Assembly: GCA_041738755.1 (NCBI GenBank)
Contig: JBGSPE010000003.1
Span: 62,602-126,601 of the forward strand
DNA: 64,000 nt
From: Minisyncoccia bacterium
Lineage (GTDB): Bacteria; Patescibacteriota; Minisyncoccia; Phycocordibacterales; UBA918
Direction of reading: 5' to 3'
Of the stretch, positions 36,711 to 48,700 are shown one piece after another; position 1 is the stretch's first letter, and each line of letters starts with the position of its first letter. A program made the translations under genes and the position numbers. The notes beneath the pieces are model-generated. The model had not been told where the DNA came from, made no database searches, and worked only from the letters and a program-made list of their open reading frames with translations.

Positions 36711-37750
36711 TATGCCTTACGCTTAAATTCAAATCGCTTAAAGAAAAGTCGGAAACTAAAAATAAAAATGAGGAGAATGAGAAATATTCCACCAATAATT
36801 TTATACGGAATTACCCAGAAAGAGGTCGTGACGGTATCTACGATATCATCGTAACCACGATTTATTTGCGCTGTAACAGTATACCGGCCAAGGAGCAATT
36901 CTCTGTCCCAGGTGAGTTCACGCACCCGCAGTGACTTCGGTAAAACAAACCACGGTTCAAGCTCAATGTATCCTACCTCTTCACCAAACATATTGGTGAT
37001 AGAAATTTCTCCGTACGGATTCACATGAACAGACCCGGTATTTTCATACAAAATTCCCAAATCAATAGGACCTTCTTGGTACCACCAGGCATCACCTACT
37101 GTACTAATACTTTTGGTTTCACCTGAGGTTTCAATGTCTCCTTCAACAGTAATGAAAAAGAGTGAACCAATCCGAGCAATAACTGGTGACCGTGGTCCGT
37201 CAGCAATTTGATTCTCATCAATGCGAACGGTAGAGACTAAAACACTACCGTAGTAGCCCCCTGGTTCTACGTCTGGTGGGATGCTGATTGTTACAGGAAT
37301 ACGAGCTCGCTCACCAAGCTTCAGCTGGAAGGTATCTTGCGGCACCGATACATAATCTCGAATACTATACGGACCGCGAGTTTCACCAGTCAAACTGGCC
37401 GCCCCACTTCCATCAGTACTTCCAACAATATCTTCAATTTCTAACTTAAATTCTCGATTGTCACTAATTCGGTTGGTAACCGAAATTTCTCGGACTACTG
37501 TTTGTCCTGGTTGTAAAGCAATTTCAGTTCGGCCTGGACCAACCACAAAATCTCCGACCGCAATGTCATTACCAGAGATTTGTTCAGAGACGTACCAATT
37601 TCCTGATGGAATAGCACTATCCGGTGTGGTGGTCGGTGTTGTGGTGGCACCCGGAAGAGTTTCATCAGCTTGTGCACCAACTTCGAAGGTAGGTAGTAAC
37701 AGCGTTACAAAAAGAAAGAATATGAGAGCTTTTTTGCCTGTAGTCGCCAT
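36710..37750 (-). CDS. DUF916/DUF3324-like (WxL-interacting, PapD-like) membrane-anchored protein
   Basis: V.P...E..L.PG, IP....PGGYYG, ENTGSVH..P.G.I, VLP...R, GRY, FWVIP followed by TM and basic tail. Confidence 0.75.
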   Translation of the reverse strand: MATTGKKALIFFLFVTLLLPTFEVGAQADETLPGATTTPTTTPDSAIPSGNWYVSEQISGNDIAVGDFVVGPGRTEIALQPGQTVVREISVTNRISDNREFKLEIEDIVGSTDGSGAASLTGETRGPYSIRDYVSVPQDTFQLKLGERARIPVTISIPPDVEPGGYYGSVLVSTVRIDENQIADGPRSPVIARIGSLFFITVEGDIETSGETKSISTVGDAWWYQEGPIDLGILYENTGSVHVNPYGEISITNMFGEEVGYIELEPWFVLPKSLRVRELTWDRELLLGRYTVTAQINRGYDDIVDTVTTSFWVIPYKIIGGIFLILLIFIFSFRLFFKRFEFKRKA

Positions 37751-37772
37751 AATCTGTGACCTTCAGGGTACC

Positions 37773-38486
37773 TTATATATTAAAGAGAGACAAGGTCGCT
37801 GTTGCGGTGTAGGTTTGAGCTGTTAGGGCTGGTGTTGCCGCATTAGGAACATGCACTCGAAATTGCAAGGTAGTTGTAGCTCCTGTTGGGGCAGCTGAAC
37901 CCCGGTTTACAATTTCAAATGGCGTTGTACTTGGTGCTTTCCAGCAGTGCTCTCCTGTGTCAGTACCAGCTGGTACATTACAGGCATTTGAACCGTTATG
38001 TAAGAAGGCATCAGCAGTATCAGGAGTCGAAGAAGAGAAGACTGAGTACGCAAATTGGGCAGATCCAGTTGTTGTAAAGTTATATGAAGGAAAGCCACCT
38101 ACGTCCCCAGCATAGTCAACGATTGATTCACTGTCATCAATATCTCCAATCATAGCTTGCGGGGTGCCATTATCGAAGAAATCAATCTCAACCCGATAGC
38201 CAGCCGCATTGTTTGAAAGGACAGAGAATCTCGTTGTACCAGTCGCATTTCCTCCCGTGAGACCATTGATACTACCGGCCATAGTGACATTCACTGGATC
38301 CACCAAGAAAGAACTCTCAGCAATAATAGTCTGTCGAATCCGAAAATCAGGCGTGGTATCAACCTGTCCCCGGCTGATTTGTGGCTCAAACGTAAAGTAA
38401 CTGGCAAACAAGACAGTCATGAGCGCAACGGTTATAACTAATGATTGCTTACTAATGAGCAAGAGGTTTTTAAGTGGGACGTTCAT
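37773..38486 (-). CDS. secreted WxL/pilin-like beta-sandwich protein
   Basis: Signal peptide, NNAAGY, Cys pair, C-terminal TYTATATLS strand, no membrane anchor. Confidence 0.75.
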   Translation of the reverse strand: MNVPLKNLLLISKQSLVITVALMTVLFASYFTFEPQISRGQVDTTPDFRIRQTIIAESSFLVDPVNVTMAGSINGLTGGNATGTTRFSVLSNNAAGYRVEIDFFDNGTPQAMIGDIDDSESIVDYAGDVGGFPSYNFTTTGSAQFAYSVFSSSTPDTADAFLHNGSNACNVPAGTDTGEHCWKAPSTTPFEIVNRGSAAPTGATTTLQFRVHVPNAATPALTAQTYTATATLSLFNI

Positions 38487-38587
38487 AATGGTTTTAATTT
38501 TATACTCTTATTTTATAATAATTTTGTGGGTTTTTTCGTCAAAATTGAAGGTTCTGTGTATAAGTTACTCAAGTAAAAGCAGGATTT

Positions 38588-41500
38588 TTAGATATCTGCG
38601 CCTCCCCCGCTACCACCACCTGACGCTTGGTTGTAGACTCGAACCTGGATTTCATCCAAGCTAAAGACACTTGTCTGATCAGCAGTTAATCTCACTCTGA
38701 AATTTGTATTACTAAATTCTGCTACAGACCATGGTGTTCGACCCCACAAGTCTGACGGTCCGCCCGCAGTCAAAACCACATCCGAACTGGCGACATTAGT
38801 TAACTCTTTGGTATCAGTCCATGATGAGCCACCATCCCATGACAACTGAGCGGAGAGTATAGCGGTTGGATTTGAACTTCTTATCTCCAATTTTATTTCA
38901 ATACCCTGGATAGTATTACCAGTATTTATTGGGAAACTATGATTTTGCCAAACTGAAGGATTAGTGTTATTGGCAATTGCACGCGTTTCATCAACCCCAT
39001 CATAAGAATTAGCAATATCTCTCCAACCACTACCTCCTGTTGGCCGTCTAAAATTTGGATCATTCCCAATCTGCTCACCCGGACCAGCCCCTCCACCAAC
39101 AACAATCCCGTCACCCACAGGTGCTTCTCCTCCAATATCACTCGCTCGTCCTCCCCCGCCACCGCGTGATTCAAATCGACTATGTTGCCTTGGACTCACA
39201 CTACCGAAGATATCTTGTACTCCATTTTCATCTTCAGCCACCACTCCACCAGGGTAGAGATTAATAGTCACGGCAGAGTCTCTTGGTGGAGCATTCCAGT
39301 CAGCTACTACGAGGTAATTTTGTGCACTTGAAGTACTAATAACAAAATCTTCATTGAACACAATTGTGCCAGTCTCTGACTCAGCATCAATTATCATAAC
39401 GCCAGTGCCAGCAATCACTTCATCACCAGCAAGCCCTCCATTAAACTCACCACTAGGCATTAAGTCTCTCACGAGTCGAATATTGGTAAAGTCTGCGGAA
39501 TCAATATTAGTTACACCACTCAAATCAAAAGTAAGACTGGTCAAAGTCGCAGTACCACTTTCAGGAATGAGTTTAAAAGCAAATAATTCCTCGTCAGTCT
39601 TGTTTTGGAAATTAAAGGCGTTACTCACCTGCCCCTGATCATGGTTTGCAATAGTGCTACTACCACTGATTGCCTCGTTTACAAAGAACCAATTAGTATT
39701 ATTGCCACCATCAACAGAACTAGTGGCCGAGATAGAAGTAGAAGCAAACGAATCCTTTACATCGACAAACTCTACATTAATTTGTGAGCCAGACACATCA
39801 AGCCCCCACGCTGTCCCACTTGCAGTAGAGCGAAGATATACTTCGTTACCAGCAGTACCAGCCAAATCGATATTTTGGATAGTACTGGTTGCTCCTGCCA
39901 AAAATGCCGCTGACGTACCGGGGAGCATCGTATAGGTATTTGTCACAGTTAGTGGTGCACCGTAGGTTACCGACTGAGTGGTGGAGCCATTTTGTGATTC
40001 GTTAGTAACAGTTAGATTATAGAATTCAAGCGTTCCTGTCGCTACCTGCGCTGCCACACCACCAAACACAACCGTACTCGTTGCCGGTTCAAAACTTCCC
40101 GCGTTTGTAAAGTCACCTAATATAGATAACTCATCTGTGACTTTGAGACTACCGTTTTGGGAAATTTGTACATCACTGGTTGAAGCGGTAACGATGTTGG
40201 CCGTCTGGCCAATGACTTGACGGTTATTTATAAGTGAATTCACCCCACCATCATCTCTAAATCCAACCACAACATATAATCCTTCTCCAAAGGTAACTCC
40301 AGTTGCAAATTGATCCCCAGCAGAACTCGTCAGAGATTGTGGACCCCAAGTAATACCATCGGAAGACGTTATCGCCGTAGGCACAAATGCTAACAGATCA
40401 AAATCAATTGTACTTCCAACAGCAATAAATTCGTTGTTACCATACTCCACATCATACAAGAAGCCAGCAAATCCCGGAGTCACACCAAGACTCCAGTCCG
40501 TCCCATTATTTGAATACATAATGACATCACCAGTTTCATCTGGCCCTAGTGCGCCCACCGCTACAAACTGACCATTTCCATAGGTGACGCTTTGCCAATC
40601 ATCATCGTTGCCAAGGGCCGATTGAGCTGTCCAATTGATGCCGTCTGGTGAGGTCATAATCCTAGTAGTACCCGTTGCTGCCACCGCCACAAAGAGGCCG
40701 TCACCGTAGGTTACCCCAGTCCAGGAATCATCATTGCCCGCTGCCGAGCGGTCAGTCCAAGTGACACCGTCGGATGAAGTATAGATACGATTTTCGGTAC
40801 TGACAGTGGTATCACAAACTTCACCAGTAAGTCCGCAAGATACCGCAACAAACAAACCATCTCCGTACGTAACGCTTTGCAAAGGAACCGAGGCAATAGT
40901 TTGAACTATCCACGTGATGCCGTCGGATGAGGTCATGACTCGGTCAGTACCTGGTCCATTACCAACCGCTACAAACTGACCATTGCCGTAGGTGACACCT
41001 GCCCAAGCGTCGTTATTTCCAGCAGCCGACTGAGCAGTCCAGGTTTCGCCATCGGGTGAGGTCATCACAGCATCTCCAACGCCAGTGGCGTCACCGACTG
41101 CCACAAACGTACCGTTACCGTAGGCGATATCTAACCAAGCATCATCATTATTTACCGCACTAATCGAATTCCAAGACGCACTGGCTTGAAATACACCATC
41201 CACCACCACATCATAGAGTCGATTGGTACCACTAAAATCACCTGTTAAATCGCTATCACTACCACTCAAATACAAGGTAGTGTTAGAAAAATCAATATCT
41301 CCGTTTTGGGTAAAATCTCCCGTGACGGTTAGTTCAGTGTGCGGATCCAAGGTTCCACTGCTGGAAATCGTAAGGTCAGTAACAGATACATTAGTAATGA
41401 AATCAATAGTACCAGTAACAGCGACATCACCAAGCTCTGGTGTTGCGACGGCAGTAGAGACGGTTTTGTTGCTACCGCTCAAGAACAATGTGCCGTCATT

Positions 41501-44500
41501 CAACAAACTGCCGTTACCTACTAAATCACCAGCTACTGAGAGTGATGTAGTACTTATAAGGGTAGTGTCAGGGGCAATAGTAAGATCGCTCGTTGAAGCC
41601 ACACCTATAGTAGCAATCCCGCCCTGTTCGTACATAACCCGCTGTGTACCGGCAATGGCAACAGCGACTGACGTTCCTGCTCCAGAGGAAACTGCTTCTA
41701 GTTGTACTCCCGTACCCGCAACTGTACTGGTTGCCCAAGAAATACCATCGAGAGATGTCATAACCTGAGCGTTATTCGAAACATCAACACCAACCGCCGT
41801 AAAATAGCCCTGCTCATATATAACGTCTTTCCATTGACCAACCGGAGCAGTCTGAGTTGTCCAGATGATGCCGTCAGGCGAGGTCATGACGTAGTCATCA
41901 CTACCACCACCCACAGCCACAAAGGTACCGTTACCGTAAGTAACACCTTGCCAGTTATCAGTGTCTCCGTCGGTTGCTTGGGCCGTCCAAGTAATACCAT
42001 CGGGAGAGGTCATAACAGCGTCTCCAAATTCGCCATTACCTACAGCCACGAAGGTGTCATTACCATATGCAGCATCACTCCAGTAATCATTGTTCCCCGC
42101 TGCGGTCGTAGTCGCCCAGCTGAGACCATTGGTTGAGTACATCACCACATCATCAGCAGCAACATTAAAACTAGACGGTGTGCCGACAGCCACATAGGTT
42201 CCATTCCCATACGTGACACCGAACCAGTTATCATTATCTCCCGCAGCACTTCCAGAAGTCCAATTGATACCGTCCGGTGAGACAGCTACCGATGGTGTAA
42301 GACCAACATACGGGATACCAACCGAAACAAACTGCCCACCTGCGTAAATGATATCAAGACCTAGATAAAGTCCAAATGGAGAGTCAGTCGTAGTGGTTGC
42401 CCATGATATACCATCCATTGAGTACATAATCTCATCATTAGAACTTAATCCACCAATTCCAACTGCGACAAAGGTATTGGTACCGTACGCGACACCGTAC
42501 CACTCTTCATTATTACCAGCTGCACTTTGGGTTACCCATCCATCTGTCCCAGTGGGGTCAATCACCACATCACCAAGTGTGTTACTGCCGCTAAAGTTAC
42601 CTGATAATTGCGGTAATGAACCTCCTACAATCAATGTCGTTTCAGAAAAATCTATTGAACCATTTTGTGTAAAGTCACCGTTTAACGTTAAGTTTGCGGT
42701 TGGAGCGAAGATAGTAGACGACGCCACAAGCAACGCCGCTGAAGTGGCGGTTGAACCAATTGATGTAGTTGCACCATCTACATCAAAGAGAACGTCTCCG
42801 TCATCATCAAAATCATAAAATGCTGCTGTACCAAGATCTATCTCCCCGGTCGTACTTGAGTGTTGCAATCGTACAGTATCCGACCACAAATCAATATCCA
42901 AAATATCAGTCTCACCATTAAGGTACGTCAGTGTAGTGGCACTGGTCGTAGCAGACTCATCGACAAAAAGAGTGAGCGGGGTGGTTTCATTAAAAGCGGG
43001 TGTACCCTCTGCGTACATCACCCGGTCGCCAGAAGAACTAACGGCTACAAATTGACCGTTGCCGTACGTGACACTCTGCCAGGAATCATTATTTCCTACC
43101 GCCGTACGAACAGTCCACGTCACACCATCCGGTGAAGTCATGACTCGGTCAAGACCAGTACCTACCGCGACAAAGAGCCCATTGCTGTACGTGACACTTT
43201 GCCACGAGTCATTATTTCCGGCGGCAGTCGAGGTGGCCCAGGTGATACCGTCAGTTGAGACCATGACGCGGTCACTCCCCGAATTTCCAACCGCTACAAA
43301 CAGACCGTTGCCGTACGTGACACTCTGCCAATTATCATTGTTATCAGCTGCTGATTGAACCGTCCAATTGATACCATTGGAGGAAGTCATGACGCGGTCG
43401 CCAGAGTCACCCACGGCTACAAAAAGACCATTAGCGTAGGTGACACTACGCCAGGAATCATTATCTCCAGCAGCTGTTGAGGTCGCCCAATTGATACCAT
43501 CGGAGGAAGTCATGACTACATCTTCCGTTCCGAGGTTTCGAACACCGACTGCCACAAAGAGACCATTTCCATAGGTCACACTTTGCCAACGATCATTATT
43601 TCCAGCCGCTGGACGAGCGGTCCAAGCAACACCATCAGATGAAGTCATGACACAATCATCGGCACTTCCATCCAAAACTGTACAACCTCCCACAGCCACA
43701 AAGAGACCATTGGCATAGGTGACACTACGCCACGTATCATTGTCCCCAGCGGCAGTTGAGGTGGCCCAATTAAAACCATCTACTGAAGTCATGACTCGGT
43801 CTGCTGTGATACCAACCGCTACATATAATCCATTATTATAAGTAACACTATTCCACATATCATTATCTCCAGCGGCGGTTGTTGTAGACCAACCACTTAG
43901 TCCTACTTCCTGATACTCTGGTAACGTAAGACTGAAGTTTCCAAAAGCATCAGTTGTGGTACTAAATGTATTCAACACATCGATACTACTATCTGCGTAC
44001 ATTACTCGGTCCCCTGAGTTACCGACCGCTACAAAACGATTGTTTGCAAAGGTAACAGCCAGCCAACCGTCATTATCACCGGCGGCAGGGCGGGCGGTCC
44101 AATTGATGCCGTCAGGAGAGGTCATGACGGTATCAGGACCTTCACCGACTGCTACAAATAATCCGTTGCCATACGTAACGTCATACCATAAATCGTCATC
44201 GCCAGCGGCAGACCGAACAGTCCAAGTAATACCGTCAAGAGAGGTCATGACTCCGTCAGTACTCGGACCAGTACCGACAGTCACAAACAGTCCGTTGCCA
44301 TAGGTGACACTTTGCCAAGTATCATTATTACCGGCAGCAGACTGCACGGTCCAGGTAATGCCGTTTGAGGAAGTAATGACACGGTCACCGAAACTACCAA
44401 CCGCTACAAACAGTCCGTTGCCGTAGGTGACACTTTGCCAGAAATCGTCATTTCCAGCCGCAGACTGCACGGTCCAGGTAATCCCATCAGATGAGGTCAT

Positions 44501-45739
44501 GACGCATTCTACATCTGAAAGGCAAGAACCGACTGCTACAAACAGTCCGTTGCCGTACGTAACATCCCACCACGAATCATTATTACCGGCGGCTGAGCTT
44601 GTTGCCCAGGTAATCCCATCAGATGAGGTCATGACGCGGTCGCCAAAAACACCAACCGCTACAAACAGTCCGTTGCCGTAGGTGACACCAAGCCACTGAT
44701 CATCATTACCAGCGGCTGAGCTTGTTGCCCAGGTAATCCCATCAGATGAGGTCATGACTTGGTCAAGCCCTGTAGCGACGGCAACGTAGGTGCCATTACC
44801 ATAAGTGATACTTTGCCAAAAGTCATCATTTCCAGCCGCGGTTGTAGTTGCCCAGTCACTCAATATTGTCTCAGTACCTAATGGTGTTACAACAGAGGCT
44901 GTAACAGTACTTGTTGCAGTAATTGGGGTACTACCATCACTTTCGTATAACGTTCCTGAAAGAGTAATTGGCCCACCACTCGGTTCACCCATAACCTCAG
45001 CTAACGCCACTGCTACCATCGCCGCATCATCGGTCGCTTGTGTCCAACCAGCAGTTACGTCGGTACTAGCAACGGTGTCGTAGGTATAAAAGCCCGCTAA
45101 TTGTGCTCCAAAATCTTCCTCATCGCGACTCGTCCAACCAGAGAGCGGTGTTATGCCCGTGACTGCTGCGAGCCCAGAAAAGAGCCCGAGCGAAACATGC
45201 GCAGTCCGACCAGACAAAGGTACGGTGACGCTAGGATTAACAGCGTTAGCAACAATTGAATTATCAAAAGCCACTACTTCAGTATCAGCGCCAGCTGTAA
45301 ACGTATAAGCCACTGCATGCTTCCCTCCTCCGCCGGTTTCATTGACCGATACTGTTTGGGCACCAGTTGGAATACTGGACGTACCAACGTACGCATACAC
45401 ACAGGCTGGTTCCGTCACCGTGTCACATGCTCTAGCAACCCTCGTAAGAGTCAAACTCCCATACGTCACACTATCAATCCGATCAGCTGCAGAGGTATTT
45501 TGCACAATATATACCAACACTCCACGCGGTGTTCCAACCGGCGTATGAGTCCAACTAAAATCTACTGTTGATCCCGCAGCGACATTGCCATCTTCAGAAA
45601 ACGCATCGAACGCTACCGCGGCCTCTGCGGTGACAGCTGAAACAAGGAAGCTTCCAAAGGCAAACAAAACCCCAACCGTCATACATATATATGTACGGTA
45701 CGTTGCTTTGAAAGCTGATTGTATATGAAGTATTTTCAT
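38588..45739 (-). CDS. giant secreted adhesin-like protein with four 7-bladed Asp-box (BNR-like) beta-propellers
   Basis: Signal peptide (AEA|A). 28 repeats of W..VTYGNG.FVAVG...VMTS.DG..W in four groups of 7, with beta-helix-like spacers. Confidence 0.9.
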   Translation of the reverse strand: MKILHIQSAFKATYRTYICMTVGVLFAFGSFLVSAVTAEAAVAFDAFSEDGNVAAGSTVDFSWTHTPVGTPRGVLVYIVQNTSAADRIDSVTYGSLTLTRVARACDTVTEPACVYAYVGTSSIPTGAQTVSVNETGGGGKHAVAYTFTAGADTEVVAFDNSIVANAVNPSVTVPLSGRTAHVSLGLFSGLAAVTGITPLSGWTSRDEEDFGAQLAGFYTYDTVASTDVTAGWTQATDDAAMVAVALAEVMGEPSGGPITLSGTLYESDGSTPITATSTVTASVVTPLGTETILSDWATTTAAGNDDFWQSITYGNGTYVAVATGLDQVMTSSDGITWATSSAAGNDDQWLGVTYGNGLFVAVGVFGDRVMTSSDGITWATSSAAGNNDSWWDVTYGNGLFVAVGSCLSDVECVMTSSDGITWTVQSAAGNDDFWQSVTYGNGLFVAVGSFGDRVITSSNGITWTVQSAAGNNDTWQSVTYGNGLFVTVGTGPSTDGVMTSLDGITWTVRSAAGDDDLWYDVTYGNGLFVAVGEGPDTVMTSPDGINWTARPAAGDNDGWLAVTFANNRFVAVGNSGDRVMYADSSIDVLNTFSTTTDAFGNFSLTLPEYQEVGLSGWSTTTAAGDNDMWNSVTYNNGLYVAVGITADRVMTSVDGFNWATSTAAGDNDTWRSVTYANGLFVAVGGCTVLDGSADDCVMTSSDGVAWTARPAAGNNDRWQSVTYGNGLFVAVGVRNLGTEDVVMTSSDGINWATSTAAGDNDSWRSVTYANGLFVAVGDSGDRVMTSSNGINWTVQSAADNNDNWQSVTYGNGLFVAVGNSGSDRVMVSTDGITWATSTAAGNNDSWQSVTYSNGLFVAVGTGLDRVMTSPDGVTWTVRTAVGNNDSWQSVTYGNGQFVAVSSSGDRVMYAEGTPAFNETTPLTLFVDESATTSATTLTYLNGETDILDIDLWSDTVRLQHSSTTGEIDLGTAAFYDFDDDGDVLFDVDGATTSIGSTATSAALLVASSTIFAPTANLTLNGDFTQNGSIDFSETTLIVGGSLPQLSGNFSGSNTLGDVVIDPTGTDGWVTQSAAGNNEEWYGVAYGTNTFVAVGIGGLSSNDEIMYSMDGISWATTTTDSPFGLYLGLDIIYAGGQFVSVGIPYVGLTPSVAVSPDGINWTSGSAAGDNDNWFGVTYGNGTYVAVGTPSSFNVAADDVVMYSTNGLSWATTTAAGNNDYWSDAAYGNDTFVAVGNGEFGDAVMTSPDGITWTAQATDGDTDNWQGVTYGNGTFVAVGGGSDDYVMTSPDGIIWTTQTAPVGQWKDVIYEQGYFTAVGVDVSNNAQVMTSLDGISWATSTVAGTGVQLEAVSSGAGTSVAVAIAGTQRVMYEQGGIATIGVASTSDLTIAPDTTLISTTSLSVAGDLVGNGSLLNDGTLFLSGSNKTVSTAVATPELGDVAVTGTIDFITNVSVTDLTISSSGTLDPHTELTVTGDFTQNGDIDFSNTTLYLSGSDSDLTGDFSGTNRLYDVVVDGVFQASASWNSISAVNNDDAWLDIAYGNGTFVAVGDATGVGDAVMTSPDGETWTAQSAAGNNDAWAGVTYGNGQFVAVGNGPGTDRVMTSSDGITWIVQTIASVPLQSVTYGDGLFVAVSCGLTGEVCDTTVSTENRIYTSSDGVTWTDRSAAGNDDSWTGVTYGDGLFVAVAATGTTRIMTSPDGINWTAQSALGNDDDWQSVTYGNGQFVAVGALGPDETGDVIMYSNNGTDWSLGVTPGFAGFLYDVEYGNNEFIAVGSTIDFDLLAFVPTAITSSDGITWGPQSLTSSAGDQFATGVTFGEGLYVVVGFRDDGGVNSLINNRQVIGQTANIVTASTSDVQISQNGSLKVTDELSILGDFTNAGSFEPATSTVVFGGVAAQVATGTLEFYNLTVTNESQNGSTTQSVTYGAPLTVTNTYTMLPGTSAAFLAGATSTIQNIDLAGTAGNEVYLRSTASGTAWGLDVSGSQINVEFVDVKDSFASTSISATSSVDGGNNTNWFFVNEAISGSSTIANHDQGQVSNAFNFQNKTDEELFAFKLIPESGTATLTSLTFDLSGVTNIDSADFTNIRLVRDLMPSGEFNGGLAGDEVIAGTGVMIIDAESETGTIVFNEDFVISTSSAQNYLVVADWNAPPRDSAVTINLYPGGVVAEDENGVQDIFGSVSPRQHSRFESRGGGGGRASDIGGEAPVGDGIVVGGGAGPGEQIGNDPNFRRPTGGSGWRDIANSYDGVDETRAIANNTNPSVWQNHSFPINTGNTIQGIEIKLEIRSSNPTAILSAQLSWDGGSSWTDTKELTNVASSDVVLTAGGPSDLWGRTPWSVAEFSNTNFRVRLTADQTSVFSLDEIQVRVYNQASGGGSGGGADI

Positions 45740-45742
45740 AGG

Positions 45743-48700
45743 TTAGCTGGTTGGTTCACTTGGAGTTGGTAATGGTTCTGGTTCGGGAGTTAGCTCTGGT
45801 TCTGGCTCGGGTTCTGGTTCTGGTAGCGGCTCAGGGGTTGGCTCTGGTTCTGGAACTACCGGTTCCACTGGTGGTTCAACGCTTGGCTCTGGTGGTCCGC
45901 CTTCCCCGCTTTGACCACCTCCTCCACTCGTTTCATCAACTGATTCCTCATCTGTTGGTTCAGCTGGCGGGTTTGGTGGCTCTGATTCAGGAGTTGGTTC
46001 TGGTTGTACGGGTGCTGGAGTGCCGTCAATATTATTGTTATCAAGCAACTGCCGTAAATCATTGGCGTCGATACACACTCCATCCACACACAATTCTTCT
46101 TTTACCTCGATTCGGTTCGTCTTAATGCCAGCCACTTGTAGGATTCCGTCAACGAATCCTTGCGCCAGAGATACCAATCTATCAAACAGTGTCTCATCAA
46201 TATTTTCTCCTACCGTTTGAACTGATGATGTACTCATAAGCGAAGCTAGGCTAGCCGCTTGCGTTTCACCGATGAAGCGGTAGCTCAAATCAACAAACAT
46301 CACGATTTGTCCTACTTGTACTGATTGACCATTAACATCCCGAGTCTCACTTGGCGTACCAGCCAACCCTGCGAGCTGCTCTGCCACACTCTGATCTGCC
46401 AAGACTTGATTAGCACTATTAATCTGCTCAATCATCGATTCGCCGTTCAAGGGCACACACGGTGAACCATTATCAGCTCCACCACCGTAGTAACATCCGT
46501 CATGGACCCGTGGATCATTTGGGTCAGTGATTGGTTGGTATACCGGGTCAACCAAATCATCACCAAACTGATTGATGAAGGTTCGAGAATATTTTCGTGA
46601 TGAATCAAAGTCTTCAAGCGCGATACCAACAACCGTACCTGTTGCAGTCGCCTTCATTGCTACCCCCGGAAGTGAAGATAATGTCAGTTGATCACCTTTT
46701 TTAATTGGACCATTTTCAGTTGAAAGTTGAATTGGGACACGACCTGAGAGCGCAATTGGATACGCCGTCTCACCAGCTCTCGTTGACTCATCATCTGCTC
46801 CCATTAATACACCTGGCTTAGTTGAGACCACACCGATAATCGGGTCAGTTCCTTCATCTGCCCGAACCACTGAAAGCTCACCATCGAGTGAAACAATTTC
46901 TCCGGTCTCAAGTGACTGGCTTGAGAAATACATTTCAGCGAGGTCAGAGTTACCGGTGAATTGTGAGACTGAAGCAATTCGTCCTTGCACTGACGCAATA
47001 CAAGCACCGTCATTGTCGACACAGATACCACCTCGTCCGATTTGGAGTCCAGCCATATTGGTTCCGTCTCCAATCGTCGTCGTACCGTACGCAGTTACAT
47101 TAAAGACTGATGTATTGGTGTTACGGAAATCAACAAAGCGTGAGGTGGTTGATGAGAATGACCCGCCACTGTTACCAAAGTTAAGCTCAAGTCCTGTTCC
47201 AGTAAAGGTCGAGGTATCTTGGAAGAGGCTCATGAGTGTTGCGCTTGTAATACTTGAAGAGAACCCGCGAATGGCATTGCCCTGCGTAGTGCCTCGCGTC
47301 TGGAAGAAGCCTCCAGCTGGAGCTAGTACGCCACCAGCATCCCCTTCAGTGATACCCCGAACTCCAAAGGTTCGTCCCGTTCCAGAAATAGCCGTATTCT
47401 CTCCTTGTGTATTGCTACCCCGGTTGGTTTGAATCTCAAGACCTCGAACCGTATTTCCAAAAATGGTATCGTCTTCAACCCGAAAAATACTGCCGATGAT
47501 AGTTGTGGTAGCGGTGTTATTTGCATCAAGGTTAAAGAAATTACCGTATTGCAATGCCCCATTAGAACTATTGGTAGTCGTAATCCACTGCTGAAGCGCT
47601 GCGGTACCAGTACCAGTGAGACTATCTACCTGTAATGCCAACCGAGAACTTGGTGATGTCGTCCCAAGGCCGATGTTGCCGGTAGTGAGGTTACCGTATA
47701 GCGCATTCCCAAGACTCAAGAAGTTACTCGTACCACTCGTCGGTAACTCTATGTTGTCACCAATTAAAATATTGTTACTGCCCGTACTCGTGTTACTACC
47801 GGTATTATCACCAAGGAAGATATTGTTGTTGCCGGTTACACCCGCACCAGCAAAATTACCGATGAAAATATTTTCCGTCCCCTCACTATCTGTACCAGCT
47901 GATTGACCAATGGCGATAGTGTAGTCTGCTAAGGTATCACGGAGCGCCGATGTTCCAAGAGCGATATTGAAATCCCCAGTGGAAGCAAACACCCCAGCAT
48001 CAGTACCTATATAGGTATTATTACTTTCTGTTGTGAGGCTAAAACCAGCACTTTTACCGAACAATACATTACCATCTCCACTAGTCACAGACCCTCCTGC
48101 GCTAATACCAAAGAAGGCATTGTTGCTACCAGTCACACCACTATGCATGTCATTAAATTCATTCAGTCCAAACGCTACGTTGTAATTAACATCATTAGCT
48201 GACAGTAACCCATCTCCGTTGTATCGCACAATTGAACCAGTCGTGAGATTAATATCCCCTGCAACGGTAAGTCGACTACTTAGAGTAGTCGTCCCGATTC
48301 CGATATTTCCACTAGAATCAATCAACATCCGAGATGTTCCACCGACTGAAAACCCTAACGTATTAGTACCACCAAACATTCCAGTATCGGTATCATTTTC
48401 AAATGAAAATGCCGGCGCATTAGCGAGACTGGTACTTAAACGTGCGAGACCAACACTACTGATATAAGCAGCTCCGCCAAAGTTAAATTCTCCTGTAAAA
48501 TCTCCAGTGACACCGCTCAAAGTACCAGTAACATTTGCGTTACCTGCGACAGTGAGGAGTTGAGATGGGGTAGTGGTACCAATCCCCACATTACCACTCG
48601 CATCAATCCGAAGTCGTTCGGTGCCAGCAGTGGAGAAACCAAGAATATCAGTACCACCTCTGAACATACCGGTATTAGTATCACCACTAAAAGAAAAACT

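Noticed and set aside
38588-45739. Regular ~125-bp periodic repeats as a possible CRISPR or guide-RNA array
   Set aside because: The repeats are in-frame protein repeats with synonymous variation, there is no constant repeat/unique spacer pattern, and no cas genes are present.
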